DNA of 49,840 nucleotides from Candidatus Eiseniibacteriota bacterium (lineage in GTDB: Bacteria; Eisenbacteria; RBG-16-71-46; SZUA-252): NCBI GenBank assembly GCA_031370645.1, contig JANMQV010000198.1, positions 1 to 49,840 on the forward strand. The letters run 5' to 3'. Positions 31,805 to 40,566 of this stretch are shown one piece after another. The notes under the pieces were generated by a model. That model was not told where the DNA came from and searched no databases. It saw only the letters and a list, made by a program, of their open reading frames with translations. Both the position numbers and the translations under genes were made by a program. Numbering within the stretch: position 1 is the first letter of the stretch; each line of letters begins with the position of its first letter.

Positions 31805-32320
31805 ATGACCGAACGGGTGCCTCCGTATGGCGCCACGCGAGCGGCGGCGGACGACGCGGCGCGTGATTTCGATTTCTGGATGGGGCGGTGGAAGATCGTG
31901 AACAAGCGACTCATGAAGCGGCTGGCAGGCTCCACCGAGTGGGAGGAGTTCACGGCGACCTGCCGCGCCTGGCCGCTCCCCGGCGGCATCGGCAACTACG
32001 ACGAGTTCGTGCCCGACACCTGGCGCCCCGGCTTCGTCGGCATGTCGCTTCGAATCTTCAATCCCGAGACGAGGCTCTGGAGCATCTACTGGGTCGACAA
32101 CAAAGTCGGCATCCTCCAGCCTCCCGTGGTCGGGCGATTCGAGAACGGAGTCGGAATCTTCGACGGCCCCGACGAGTTCGACGGCAAGCCGATCGTCGTG
32201 CGGTTCACGTGGTCGGAGATCACCGCGACAGGCGCGCGATGGGAGCAGGCTTTCTCCCTCGACGAAGGAAAGACGTGGGAGACGAATTGGGTGATGATGA
32301 TGTCGCGGCTGCCGGAGTGA
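31805..32320 (+). CDS. DUF1579-like hypothetical protein
   Basis: DFDFWMGRW, WSIYW, RWEQAFS.D.GKTWETNW. Confidence 0.7.
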   Translation: MTERVPPYGATRAAADDAARDFDFWMGRWKIVNKRLMKRLAGSTEWEEFTATCRAWPLPGGIGNYDEFVPDTWRPGFVGMSLRIFNPETRLWSIYWVDNKVGILQPPVVGRFENGVGIFDGPDEFDGKPIVVRFTWSEITATGARWEQAFSLDEGKTWETNWVMMMSRLPE

Positions 32321-32337
32321 CGAACACGGAGCGAATC

Positions 32338-32721
32338 ATGAGAGATATCGCGATCTCCCTGGAGCATCGGCCCGGAGCGCTCGCGGAGATGGGCGAAGCC
32401 CTCGGCCGCGCCGGCGTGAGCGTGGAGGGCGGCGGCGTCTTCGCCGTGAACGGAGTCGGGGTGGCGCACTTTCTTGTCGCCGACGGCGCCGCCGCTCGGC
32501 GCGCACTCGAGGCGGCCGGGATTCGCGTCGACGCCGAGCGCGAGGTGGTGACCGTGCGGCTAAGGCAGGAGGAGCCGGGCCAACTCGGGAAGATCGCCCG
32601 CCGCATGGCCGACGCCGGCGTGAACATCGAGGTGCAATACAGCGACCACGACCATCGGTTGATTCTGGTGGTGGATGACGTCGAGAAGGCCGAGGCAGTG
32701 GCCCGGGAGTGGACAACGTGA
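32338..32721 (+). CDS. tandem ACT-domain protein
   Basis: HRPGALAEMGEALGRAGVSVE and EPGQLGKIARRMADAGVNIE. Confidence 0.85.
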   Translation: MRDIAISLEHRPGALAEMGEALGRAGVSVEGGGVFAVNGVGVAHFLVADGAAARRALEAAGIRVDAEREVVTVRLRQEEPGQLGKIARRMADAGVNIEVQYSDHDHRLILVVDDVEKAEAVAREWTT

Positions 32722-33890
32722 CGCCACCGGCGCCATCCATTCCGGGGAACGCAGAGCCCCTCCCCGATCAGCGGGCGAAGTTCGATGTGGATGGCGCGGT
32801 CGCCTATTTCAATACCGCCGCGTTGTCGCCGGTGCTTCGGGGCGTTCGGGCCGCCGGTGAGGCCGCGCTCGCCTGGCGATCGAAGCCGTGGGGCATCGCC
32901 ACCGCCGATTGGTTTTCCGGCGGCGAGACGCTCCGCTCGCAGCGCGCCGCATTGCTCGGAGCTCACCCCGACGAGATCGCGCACATTCCCGCCACCAGTT
33001 ATGGACTCGCGACGGTCGCGCGGAATCTGAAGGCGAAGCCGGGCGACCGCGTGCTGGTCCTGGCCGGCGAATTTCCGTCGAACTACTACACGTGGAAACG
33101 ATTCGCGCTTCGAACGGGGGCGGAACTGCTCGTGGTCGAACGCGAGCCGGGGCAAGAGTGGACGGAGGCGATCGTCGCCGCGATCGACGAGCGCGTGGTC
33201 GTTGCCTCGGTCCCGAACGTCCACTGGACGAACGGCGCGTTGATCGACCTGACGCGCGTGGCGGCCGCGGTTCACGAAGTTGGGGCGGCGTTCGTCATCG
33301 ACGCGAGCCAGTCGGTGGGCGTCATGCCGCTCGATGTCCGCGCCCTCCGCCCCACGGCCGTGGTGACGGTCGGCTACAAGTGGCTCCTCGGCCCGATGGG
33401 CTTCGGATTCCTCTACATCGACCCAACGCTTCGGGACGGCGAGCCGCTGGAAGAGAATTGGATTTCGCGTGCGGGAGCCGACGACTTCACGAGTCTCATC
33501 GACTACCAGGACGTTTACATGCCGGGCGCCCGGCGTTTCGACGTCGGGCAGCGCCCGAATTTTCATCTCGTGCCGATGGCGATCGCCGCGATGGAGCAGA
33601 TCCAGGAGTGGACCGTTCCCCGGATCGGCGCGACCTTGGCGAAGCTGACACGGGAGATCGGGGAGCGAGCGACGGAGATCGGGGTGACGGTGCTCCCCGC
33701 CGAACAGCGGGCGCCGCACATCATCGGTCTCGAACTTCCGGTGCCGGCCGCCCGGCGCGTGGCCACCGCTCTAGAAGCCGCGAAAGTCTACGCCAGCAGG
33801 CGCGGCTCCTCCCTCCGCATCGCCCCCCATCTGCACAACAGCCCCGAGGACGTCGACCGGCTCCTATCCGCAGTCGCCTCCGCGTTGTAG
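32718..33890 (+). CDS. class V PLP-dependent aminotransferase-fold enzyme
   Basis: YFNTAA, IDASQSVG, GYKWLLGP (PLP lysine), LRIAPHLHN. Confidence 0.88.
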   Translation: MTPPAPSIPGNAEPLPDQRAKFDVDGAVAYFNTAALSPVLRGVRAAGEAALAWRSKPWGIATADWFSGGETLRSQRAALLGAHPDEIAHIPATSYGLATVARNLKAKPGDRVLVLAGEFPSNYYTWKRFALRTGAELLVVEREPGQEWTEAIVAAIDERVVVASVPNVHWTNGALIDLTRVAAAVHEVGAAFVIDASQSVGVMPLDVRALRPTAVVTVGYKWLLGPMGFGFLYIDPTLRDGEPLEENWISRAGADDFTSLIDYQDVYMPGARRFDVGQRPNFHLVPMAIAAMEQIQEWTVPRIGATLAKLTREIGERATEIGVTVLPAEQRAPHIIGLELPVPAARRVATALEAAKVYASRRGSSLRIAPHLHNSPEDVDRLLSAVASAL

Positions 33891-33908
33891 CGGCAGGGCC
33901 TTTCGTGG

Positions 33909-33947
33909 TTGACGTGACTCGGTAAATACGTTACTATTGGGTCACAT
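33909..33947 (+). promoter_or_regulatory. promoter of the SRPBCC-ArsR unit with probable ArsR operator
   Basis: TTGACG-17-TACTAT; imperfect inverted repeat ACGTTAC-N6-GTCACAT (33928-33947) over the -10. Confidence 0.65.
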
Positions 33948-34009
33948 AAGCGTCGGTGCGCGGGGACCAGATGAGTGCCCTCGCTCCGCGCTCCTAAGGA
34001 GGAATGGCC

Positions 34010-34450
34010 ATGACCCAAGGCACATTGGAAGACCTCGTCCTCGACATCGAGCAAACCCTCGAGATCAAAGCGGCGCCCGGCGACGTCTACGAAGGTCTGC
34101 TCCGGCGCCTTTGCAACATTGAGAATGAGGAAGGAAAGCCGAACATCGTCCTGAAACTCGAGCGCTGGCCGGGCGGTCGTTATTTCCGCGATCTGGAAGG
34201 CGGCACCGGGCACCTCTGGGGGATCGTCCAGTCGATCAAGCCACCGACCCTGATCGAGTTCTTCGGCCCGATGATGATGTCCCACCCGGTGGCGGGCCAC
34301 CTGATCGTCCGCCTCACCGCGATCCCTGGAGGAACGAAAGTCGCCTTCCGGCACCAGGTGTTCGGGATCATTCCGTCCGACTTCCGCGAGGGACTGCCTC
34401 AGGGCTGGGGCAAGATGCTCGCCAGTCTCAAGCGGGATGTGGAACGGTAG
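34010..34450 (+). CDS. SRPBCC/AHSA1 domain protein
   Basis: LEIKAAP..VY, LERWPGGR..RD, GW..ML..LK; AAGGAGG RBS; next to ArsR. Confidence 0.82.
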   Translation: MTQGTLEDLVLDIEQTLEIKAAPGDVYEGLLRRLCNIENEEGKPNIVLKLERWPGGRYFRDLEGGTGHLWGIVQSIKPPTLIEFFGPMMMSHPVAGHLIVRLTAIPGGTKVAFRHQVFGIIPSDFREGLPQGWGKMLASLKRDVER

Positions 34451-34465
34451 ACCGGTGCGCATGGC

Positions 34466-34789
34466 GTGAAGCGCGACCTCGACCCCGTCTGGAAGGCGCT
34501 CTCCGATCCCACGCGGCGAGAGATCCTCGATTTACTGAAGCAGGGGCCCCGCACCACGACTGAGATTGTGGAGCGGGTCCCCGGGCTCTCGCGGTTCGGC
34601 GTGATGAAGCACATTGGGGTCCTTCGCGACGCGGATCTGGTTCGGACGCGGGAGGAGGGACGCCAAGTCGTCAATAGCCTCAACGTGACGCCAATACGAA
34701 TGATTTACGACCGGTGGGTCAGCGGGTATCAGGATCTTTGGGCGAAGAACCTCGCCTCGTTGAAGCGATCGCTGGAGGAGGAGAAGTAG
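34466..34789 (+). CDS. ArsR/SmtB family transcriptional regulator
   Basis: KALSDPTRREILDLL, SRFGVMKHIGVL..ADLV..R.EGR. Confidence 0.92.
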   Translation: MKRDLDPVWKALSDPTRREILDLLKQGPRTTTEIVERVPGLSRFGVMKHIGVLRDADLVRTREEGRQVVNSLNVTPIRMIYDRWVSGYQDLWAKNLASLKRSLEEEK

Positions 34790-34813
34790 AAGGGACGTCG
34801 AACCGCGTCCACC

Positions 34814-35614
34814 TCAGCTATCCAGCCTTCGAAACACTCCGACCACCTTCCCTGCCACTCGCACGTCGGGGTCCGACGGCCGGACCTCGATCGGCTCGTA
34901 TGCATCGTTCTCCGGGAAAAGCAGAAGCTTGTCCTTGCGCGGGAAGTAGCGCTTCACCGTCGCTTCGTCGCCGATCACCACCACCGCGATATCGCCGCTC
35001 TTCACGGCGGTGTCGTGGCGGACGATGACGACGTCGCCGTTGAAGATCCCCGCGTTCTTCATGCTGTCTCCGCGCACGCGGAGCGCGAAGTGCTTCCCGC
35101 CCCGGGCCATAGTGCCGTCGATGACGAACGTGTCTTCGACGTGCTCCTCGGCCAGGATCGGCGCCCCCGCGGCCACACGGCCGATCAGGGGGATCTCCAG
35201 ATAGTCGCGCTCGGGGCGCTTCGCGCCGGCGCGGGAGAGTGGGGGGCGAGGACCGGGCACATCCTCACGCCCGCGGGACGGCGTCGTGCGTGACGCCGGC
35301 TCGAGCGAACGCCCCTCGATCGCCTGGAGCTCGATGCCACGCGAGGTCCAACGGTCTCGGCGGATTTTGCCCGCCTGCTCCAGGCGATCGAGGTAGTAGC
35401 GCACGCCATTCGTGGAAGCGATACCGAAGGCCGCGCCGATTTCCCGGAGCGTCGGCGGCCGGCCGCTCTCGTGCAGTGAGGCGGCGATGTACTGGAGGAT
35501 CGCCTCTTCGCGGTCGGGGCCGGGATCGGTGATGGCCGCGAGTGTCGGAGTGGGACGCATCCCGGACTTCGGCTTCGCTTTCAGGCCCCGGTGGGGCTTT
35601 GGCTTCTTGTTCAT
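34814..35614 (-). CDS. lexA: SOS repressor LexA
   Basis: wHTH PPTLREI..STNGVRYYL; cleavage site GRVAAG; catalytic Ser GDSM and Lys ATVKR. Confidence 0.95.
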   Translation of the reverse strand: MNKKPKPHRGLKAKPKSGMRPTPTLAAITDPGPDREEAILQYIAASLHESGRPPTLREIGAAFGIASTNGVRYYLDRLEQAGKIRRDRWTSRGIELQAIEGRSLEPASRTTPSRGREDVPGPRPPLSRAGAKRPERDYLEIPLIGRVAAGAPILAEEHVEDTFVIDGTMARGGKHFALRVRGDSMKNAGIFNGDVVIVRHDTAVKSGDIAVVVIGDEATVKRYFPRKDKLLLFPENDAYEPIEVRPSDPDVRVAGKVVGVFRRLDS

Positions 35615-35621
35615 GCCTGAG

Positions 35622-35650
35622 AAGATAGTGCACATTTGTGCACTTGTCAA
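35622..35650 (-). promoter_or_regulatory. lexA promoter with putative autoregulatory operator (35627-35644)
   Basis: TTGACA-17-TATCTT on the minus strand; palindrome AGTGCACATTTGTGCACT; ATG 7 nt after the -10. Confidence 0.9.
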
Positions 35651-35842
35651 GGGGGTGGGTGAAAGAGGGCGGAAATTCGGTCGATTCGCTTGCGTGGTAG
35701 GCACTTCTTCGGGCACGCTCGAAAGCATCGTTCCCCGCGACGAGTCCTGGTCGGGGAGACCGGCTCATTATGGCGGGGTACAGCGGCACACAGCCCTCAG
35801 GTTCGGTGGGTTGGGTGATGCAGCGTCGTCTCTCTCTATCGC

Positions 35843-36571
35843 ATGAGGTTTCCCTTGTCCCACGTGGCGTTCCCCGTAGTTACTCGAGTCCCGATTTGGC
35901 TCTTGGCACTCCTAGTCGCGCCCGAGATCGGCGGCGCCGCTGCAGCCGTGACACCGCCTGCACCGCATCGGCAGGCAGAACACAGCGTTGGTTCCCGCGC
36001 GCGGGCGTTGGAACCCGCCGCCTCGGCCTTCGAGGACCTTGCCGACCCACAAGAGTCCGGCAATTCATCTCGCGCCGAGCGGACGCTCAAGACGGGCGAG
36101 CCTCGCATCCACCGCGCCAGGGCGTTGCTCGGTACCTCGGCGGCACTTCAGGTCGACTCTCTCCTCGCGGCGGTGAAGACCGCCATCCATGAGAACAGGA
36201 TTCCCGAATCGGCGCTGGCCGCCGCGCAGGGCTATCGCGTCATTGTCGAGGCGGCATGGCCTTCACCGTCCGCCCCGGCGCGCCAACTCGCCATGCTCGA
36301 CTACGTTGGATATCGGACCGCCGCGCTGGCGGCGATTGCGCCGGTGGATTGGGAGTCGGTAGAGAATTCAACGAGCATGGGACATCAGCAGTGGACGCTC
36401 GTACGAGCGCGAGTGCATTCCCCCGGACTTCGGGACGCGATGGATACGGCGATGCTCACGCTTGGGGAAGCCGCGCACTCGCGTTATCCGAAGATGACGC
36501 GCCTCTCGGCCCAACTTGTTCTCGACCTCGTGGATTTGGTGGAGAGCGACCAGGCTCGGGGCCGGCCATGA
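35843..36571 (+). CDS. exported hypothetical alpha-helical protein
   Basis: 242-aa ORF with hydrophobic N-terminus and normal globular composition; stop overlaps the next ATG. Confidence 0.65.
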   Translation: MRFPLSHVAFPVVTRVPIWLLALLVAPEIGGAAAAVTPPAPHRQAEHSVGSRARALEPAASAFEDLADPQESGNSSRAERTLKTGEPRIHRARALLGTSAALQVDSLLAAVKTAIHENRIPESALAAAQGYRVIVEAAWPSPSAPARQLAMLDYVGYRTAALAAIAPVDWESVENSTSMGHQQWTLVRARVHSPGLRDAMDTAMLTLGEAAHSRYPKMTRLSAQLVLDLVDLVESDQARGRP

Positions 36572-36652
36572 ACAAGATCGCCAGCCTCTTCGCGATCTCT
36601 TTCGTGGCGGCGTCCCTCGCGTTGCGGGCGAACGGCACGGCATCGAAGTAAC

Positions 36653-36868
36653 GTGGGAGATCTCGCCGTCGTCGCATTCGGCCTGCTCGGGCTCACCGCA
36701 CTGGTGCTCCTCGGCCTCGGGAGCGCACGGAGATCCCGGACGTTGACGGTGGCGGGCGCGGCGCTCTTGGTGGCGCTCGCCGGCGCCTGGGTCTTCGGCC
36801 CTCTCGGCGCCGCGACCGGCCTCGTCGCACTCACCTTGCTCAAGCGCCCGCGCACGGAGCCTTCATGA
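36653..36868 (+). CDS. small membrane protein
   Basis: 71 aa, 2-3 hydrophobic segments, ATGA overlap with the next gene. Confidence 0.6.
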   Translation: MGDLAVVAFGLLGLTALVLLGLGSARRSRTLTVAGAALLVALAGAWVFGPLGAATGLVALTLLKRPRTEPS

Positions 36869-37365
36869 AACGATTCGTCTGGAGCCAATTCGGCGCCGCC
36901 ATCGACATGCTCGAAAACGCCATGCGCGCCGCGCCCGATCATGTGTGGGGCGATCGATCGAAGCAGCCGGAGTTCTGGTATGTCGCCTACCACACGCTCT
37001 TCTTTCTCGATTACTACCTTTCCGACACGTCGGAGGGATTCGCCCCGCCGGCGCCCTACACGCTGAGTGAACTCGACCCGCAAGGCGTTCTTCCGGATCG
37101 CGTCTATTCGAAGGTAGAGCTGCTCGCCTACCTCTCGCACGGCCGGGAGAAGTGCCGTACCGCCCTCGCCGCGCTCACCGACGAGACCGCGGCCCGCCCC
37201 TGCCGCTTCGAGCGCCGCGACATGTCGGTGATGGAACTTCATCTCTACAACATGCGCCACGTGCAGCATCACGCCGCGCAGTTGAATCTGATGTTGCGAC
37301 AGGCGATCGATTCGGCGCCGGAATGGGTCGGAAAGGCGCGGAGCGGGCTTGATGGCAAGAAGTAA
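36865..37365 (+). CDS. DinB/YfiT-like four-helix superfamily protein (not a polymerase)
   Basis: FWYVAYH, RHVQHHAAQL metal-binding His pattern. Confidence 0.85.
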   Translation: MKRFVWSQFGAAIDMLENAMRAAPDHVWGDRSKQPEFWYVAYHTLFFLDYYLSDTSEGFAPPAPYTLSELDPQGVLPDRVYSKVELLAYLSHGREKCRTALAALTDETAARPCRFERRDMSVMELHLYNMRHVQHHAAQLNLMLRQAIDSAPEWVGKARSGLDGKK

Positions 37366-37422
37366 CGTTGGAGTATTCGGCGGGACCGCGCCGCCGGTCC
37401 CCTAGCCGCAAGGAGACCTTCG

Positions 37423-37752
37423 ATGCCGCAGATCGACTACTCCCGCACCGAGCGCGCCTGGCTTACGGCGCTCGCCGTCATCGGCTTCGTCGCTGTGAAC
37501 GGCGCTTTCCTCTACGGCCTGCTTGCCCGACCCGGAAGCCTACGAGCCGCGCTCACGAATCCCATCTCCCTCGCATTCCTGGCAGAGGCGTTGCTGATGC
37601 TCATCGCACTCGCCTACCTCCTCGGAAAGTGGGGCGTGAGCCGGATGTCGTGGCGGTGGTTTCTCTTTATCTCGCTTCTCGGGAGCCTGGCGTTCGCCCT
37701 CCCCGTCGTTCTACTCTGGCGCGGATGCCGCGCTTCCCCGACACACTCTTAG
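37423..37752 (+). CDS. small membrane protein
   Basis: AAGGAG RBS, three hydrophobic segments. Confidence 0.7.
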   Translation: MPQIDYSRTERAWLTALAVIGFVAVNGAFLYGLLARPGSLRAALTNPISLAFLAEALLMLIALAYLLGKWGVSRMSWRWFLFISLLGSLAFALPVVLLWRGCRASPTHS

Positions 37753-37764
37753 GAGATCGAGCCC

Positions 37765-37923
37765 TTGCCCTCGACCACCGAGTTGAAAGCGAAGGTCGAG
37801 GCGCTCGGCATCACGTCGCTCGCGCAGTTCTACACGAGCAAGGCGAAGTACGATCCGGACGGCTTCCGCGAGGACTCCGCGAAACTTCGCGCGCTTCTCG
37901 AATCGAAGCACTTTCTGCCATGA
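37765..37923 (+). CDS. 52-aa small protein missed by the ORF track
   Basis: AGGAG then TTG; MPSTTELKAKVEALGITSLAQFYTSKAKYDPDGFREDSAKLRALLESKHFLP; strong G/C third positions; TGA overlaps the next ATG. Confidence 0.55.
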   Translation: MPSTTELKAKVEALGITSLAQFYTSKAKYDPDGFREDSAKLRALLESKHFLP

Positions 37924-38429
37924 ACAAGCTGCGGTCGTCGTTCGACCGGATCGACGTGCACGTCACGAGCACCATGGCCCGCCTTGGTTTGCTCCTACTT
38001 CGAGTCAGCCTCGGCATCGTCTTCTTCTGGTTCGGCGTGCTGAAGTTCTTCCCCGGCATGAGCCCCGCGCAGGATCTCGCGATTCGAACGATCGGCATCC
38101 TCACGTTCGGCGCGATTCCGCCCGAGACTTCCTTGCTCCTCCTCGCGACCTGGGAGTGCGTCGTGGGGCTTGGCCTCATCTTCGGGCTCTTCATGCGCGC
38201 GACGCTCCTTCTCCTCCTCCTTCAGATGATCGGCACCATGACGCCGCTCGTCTTCTTTCCCCACGAGGTTTTCACGCGGATTCCCTACGCCCCGACCCTG
38301 GAGGGGCAGTACATCATCAAGAACATCGTCCTGGTGAGCGCCGGACTCGTGCTGGGCGCGACGGTGCGGGGAGGAAGGGTCGTCTCGGATCCGCGCGTGA
38401 TCCTTCCTACGCCGGCGCGGAAAACATGA
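37920..38429 (+). CDS. DoxX family membrane protein
   Basis: LLRVSLGIVFFWFGVLKFF..SPA, EGQYIIKN. Confidence 0.85.
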   Translation: MNKLRSSFDRIDVHVTSTMARLGLLLLRVSLGIVFFWFGVLKFFPGMSPAQDLAIRTIGILTFGAIPPETSLLLLATWECVVGLGLIFGLFMRATLLLLLLQMIGTMTPLVFFPHEVFTRIPYAPTLEGQYIIKNIVLVSAGLVLGATVRGGRVVSDPRVILPTPARKT

Positions 38430-38442
38430 AGCGGGAGCGGGC

Positions 38443-38874
38443 ATGACCGCGCCGCCGGATGCGAACATCCGCCCGCTCCGTGCCTCCGATTTCGAAGCCG
38501 TGCGCCGTCTTTGGGCCTCGTCGGAGGGCCTGGGCGTCGGCCCCGGCGATTCCCAGGAGGGAATCGCGCGATTCGTCGAACGGAATCCCGGCCTCTCGCT
38601 CGTCGTCGAGGAGGCAGGCGCGATCGTCGCCTCGATCCTCTGCGGTCACGACGGGCGCCGCGGCTTCATTTATCGCCTGGCGGTGGCCCCCGCGCAGCGG
38701 CGGAAGGGCCTCGCCGCTGACTTGGTGCGCCGCTCGATCACGGGGCTCAAGGCCGCGGGGATCGAGCGCTGCCTTCTGATGGTGCAGGTGGATAACGAAG
38801 ACGCGCGTCGCTTCTGGACGTCGATCGGCGGACGCCTCCGGAGCGATCTCGTGGGGTTCTCCATCGATGTCTGA
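38443..38874 (+). CDS. GNAT acetyltransferase (YpeA-like)
   Basis: CGHDGRRGFIYRLAV.P..RRKG, N..ARRFW. Confidence 0.88.
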   Translation: MTAPPDANIRPLRASDFEAVRRLWASSEGLGVGPGDSQEGIARFVERNPGLSLVVEEAGAIVASILCGHDGRRGFIYRLAVAPAQRRKGLAADLVRRSITGLKAAGIERCLLMVQVDNEDARRFWTSIGGRLRSDLVGFSIDV

Positions 38875-39445
38875 GCGAATACCGCGGACGGCCACACTCC
38901 CGAAAATCCGCCTCGTCCCGGCATCGCTCCGCCATGAAGCTGCCTTCCTCGCCGCCGCCCGACGAAGCCGGGAACTCCACCACCCCTGGTCCTCCGCCCC
39001 CACGACCCCGGCCCGGTTTCGCCGCTATCTGAAATCGACCCGTCGCGGAGCGGACGCCGGATACTTCATACTCTCCGCTGCCGGTGAATTGACCGGCGTC
39101 GTGAACCTGAGCGAGGTGGTGCGTGGGCCGTTCCGGAGCGCCTATCTCGGTTACTACGCGTTCGCGCCGCACCAAGGGCGCGGCTACATGACCGCCGGCC
39201 TCGCCGCGGTCGTGAAGGCGGCGTTTCGCGAGATGAAGCTCCACCGGCTCGAGGCGAACATCCAGCCGGGCAACAAGGCGTCGATCGCGCTCGTGAAGCG
39301 GCTCGGCTTCCGGAGGGAAGGCTTCTCGGAGCGATACTTGAAACTCGGCGGCCGGTGGCGGGACCACGAGCGGTGGGCCATCACCGTCGAACGTTGGAAA
39401 CGGCCGCGCCGCCCCGCTCGGCGCGCCAGGAACCACAGCAAGTAA
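38867..39445 (+). CDS. GNAT acetyltransferase (RimJ-like)
   Basis: SAYLGYY, GRGYMT, LHRLEANIQPGN, GFRREG, WRDHERWA. Confidence 0.9.
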   Translation: MSERIPRTATLPKIRLVPASLRHEAAFLAAARRSRELHHPWSSAPTTPARFRRYLKSTRRGADAGYFILSAAGELTGVVNLSEVVRGPFRSAYLGYYAFAPHQGRGYMTAGLAAVVKAAFREMKLHRLEANIQPGNKASIALVKRLGFRREGFSERYLKLGGRWRDHERWAITVERWKRPRRPARRARNHSK

Positions 39446-39468
39446 CGGGGAGCCCTTTCGGAGGATTC

Positions 39469-39834
39469 ATGGCCGTCGTTCGCTACCTTGTCACCGACGT
39501 CGACGCGGCGCTCGCGTTTTACGCCGTGCTCGGATTCGAACTCGCCGATCGCTGGGGGCCTCCCTTCGCCATCGTCCGGAAAGGGGACCTCGATCTCTGG
39601 ATCAGCGGCCCCGGCACCTCCGCCTCGAAGACACTCTCCGATGGATCGCAGCCTGTTCCCGGGGGATGGAACCGCTTCGTCGTCGAGGTCGCCGACATCG
39701 ACGCCGCTATGATCGATCTCAACGCGAAGGGCGGACGCTTCCGCTCCGAGCCGATCAAAGGGCCGGGCGGACGACAAGTGCTCTGCGAAGACCCATCCGG
39801 CAACCCGATCGAACTCTTCGAGCCCGGCCATTGA
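39469..39834 (+). CDS. VOC/glyoxalase family protein
   Basis: VRYLVTDVDAALAFY, GPGGRQ..EDPSGNPIELF. Confidence 0.9.
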   Translation: MAVVRYLVTDVDAALAFYAVLGFELADRWGPPFAIVRKGDLDLWISGPGTSASKTLSDGSQPVPGGWNRFVVEVADIDAAMIDLNAKGGRFRSEPIKGPGGRQVLCEDPSGNPIELFEPGH

Positions 39835-39882
39835 ATTCGGGCCGCCTTCGAAGCGCCGCACCCTTCACCTCCGAGAGGAACC

Positions 39883-40554
39883 ATGACCGCCACCGCCTCG
39901 CACGCTGACGTCGATCAGTATCTTTCGAATCTCTTCGCGCCGCACGACGCGGCGCTCCAGAACTCGCTCACCGCGAGCACGGCAGCGGGACTTCCCGAAA
40001 TCCAGGTGTCGGCCACGCAGGGGAAGTTCCTCCACATGATGGTGCGGCTCCAGAAAGCACGCACGATTCTCGAAATCGGCACGCTCGGCGGCTACAGCGC
40101 CATCTGGATGGCGCGCGCGCTTCCGTCCGACGGTCGTCTCGTCACGCTGGAGTTCGATCCGAAGCACGCCGAGGTGGCAAAGAAGAATCTCGCGGTGGCG
40201 GGCCTCGCCGATCGGGTCGATGTCCGGGTGGGCCGCGCGCTCGAGACCCTTCCGAAGGTCGCCGCTGATGGATTGGGCCCCTTTGATCTCGTCTTCATCG
40301 ACGCCGACAAGCAGAGCAACCCGGACTACTTCACCTGGGCGCTCAAACTAACGCGCCCCGGGAGCCTCATTCTCGTGGACAACGTGGTTCGCGACGGCGC
40401 CGTGATCGACGCCGGGAGCGCGGACACCTCGGTGCAGGGGACGCGGCGCGTGCTCGAGATGATGGCCGCGGAGCCCCGCGTCAGCGCCACAGCACTCCAG
40501 AGCGTGGGCGCAAAGGGATGGGATGGGATCGCCATGGCGGTTGTAATTTCCTGA
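39883..40554 (+). CDS. O-methyltransferase (caffeoyl-CoA/catechol type)
   Basis: LEIGTLGGYS, FIDADK, VDNVV. Confidence 0.92.
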   Translation: MTATASHADVDQYLSNLFAPHDAALQNSLTASTAAGLPEIQVSATQGKFLHMMVRLQKARTILEIGTLGGYSAIWMARALPSDGRLVTLEFDPKHAEVAKKNLAVAGLADRVDVRVGRALETLPKVAADGLGPFDLVFIDADKQSNPDYFTWALKLTRPGSLILVDNVVRDGAVIDAGSADTSVQGTRRVLEMMAAEPRVSATALQSVGAKGWDGIAMAVVIS

Positions 40555-40566
40555 TCGGAGGATTCG

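Noticed and set aside
28150-35660. Three repeats considered as CRISPR repeats, IS ends or attC sites
   Set aside because: Kilobases apart, no spacers, cas, transposase or integrase; each coincides with a promoter, so an operator is the simpler reading.
36865-37365. Second dinB polymerase
   Set aside because: It is the unrelated DinB/YfiT four-helix family and has no operator upstream.
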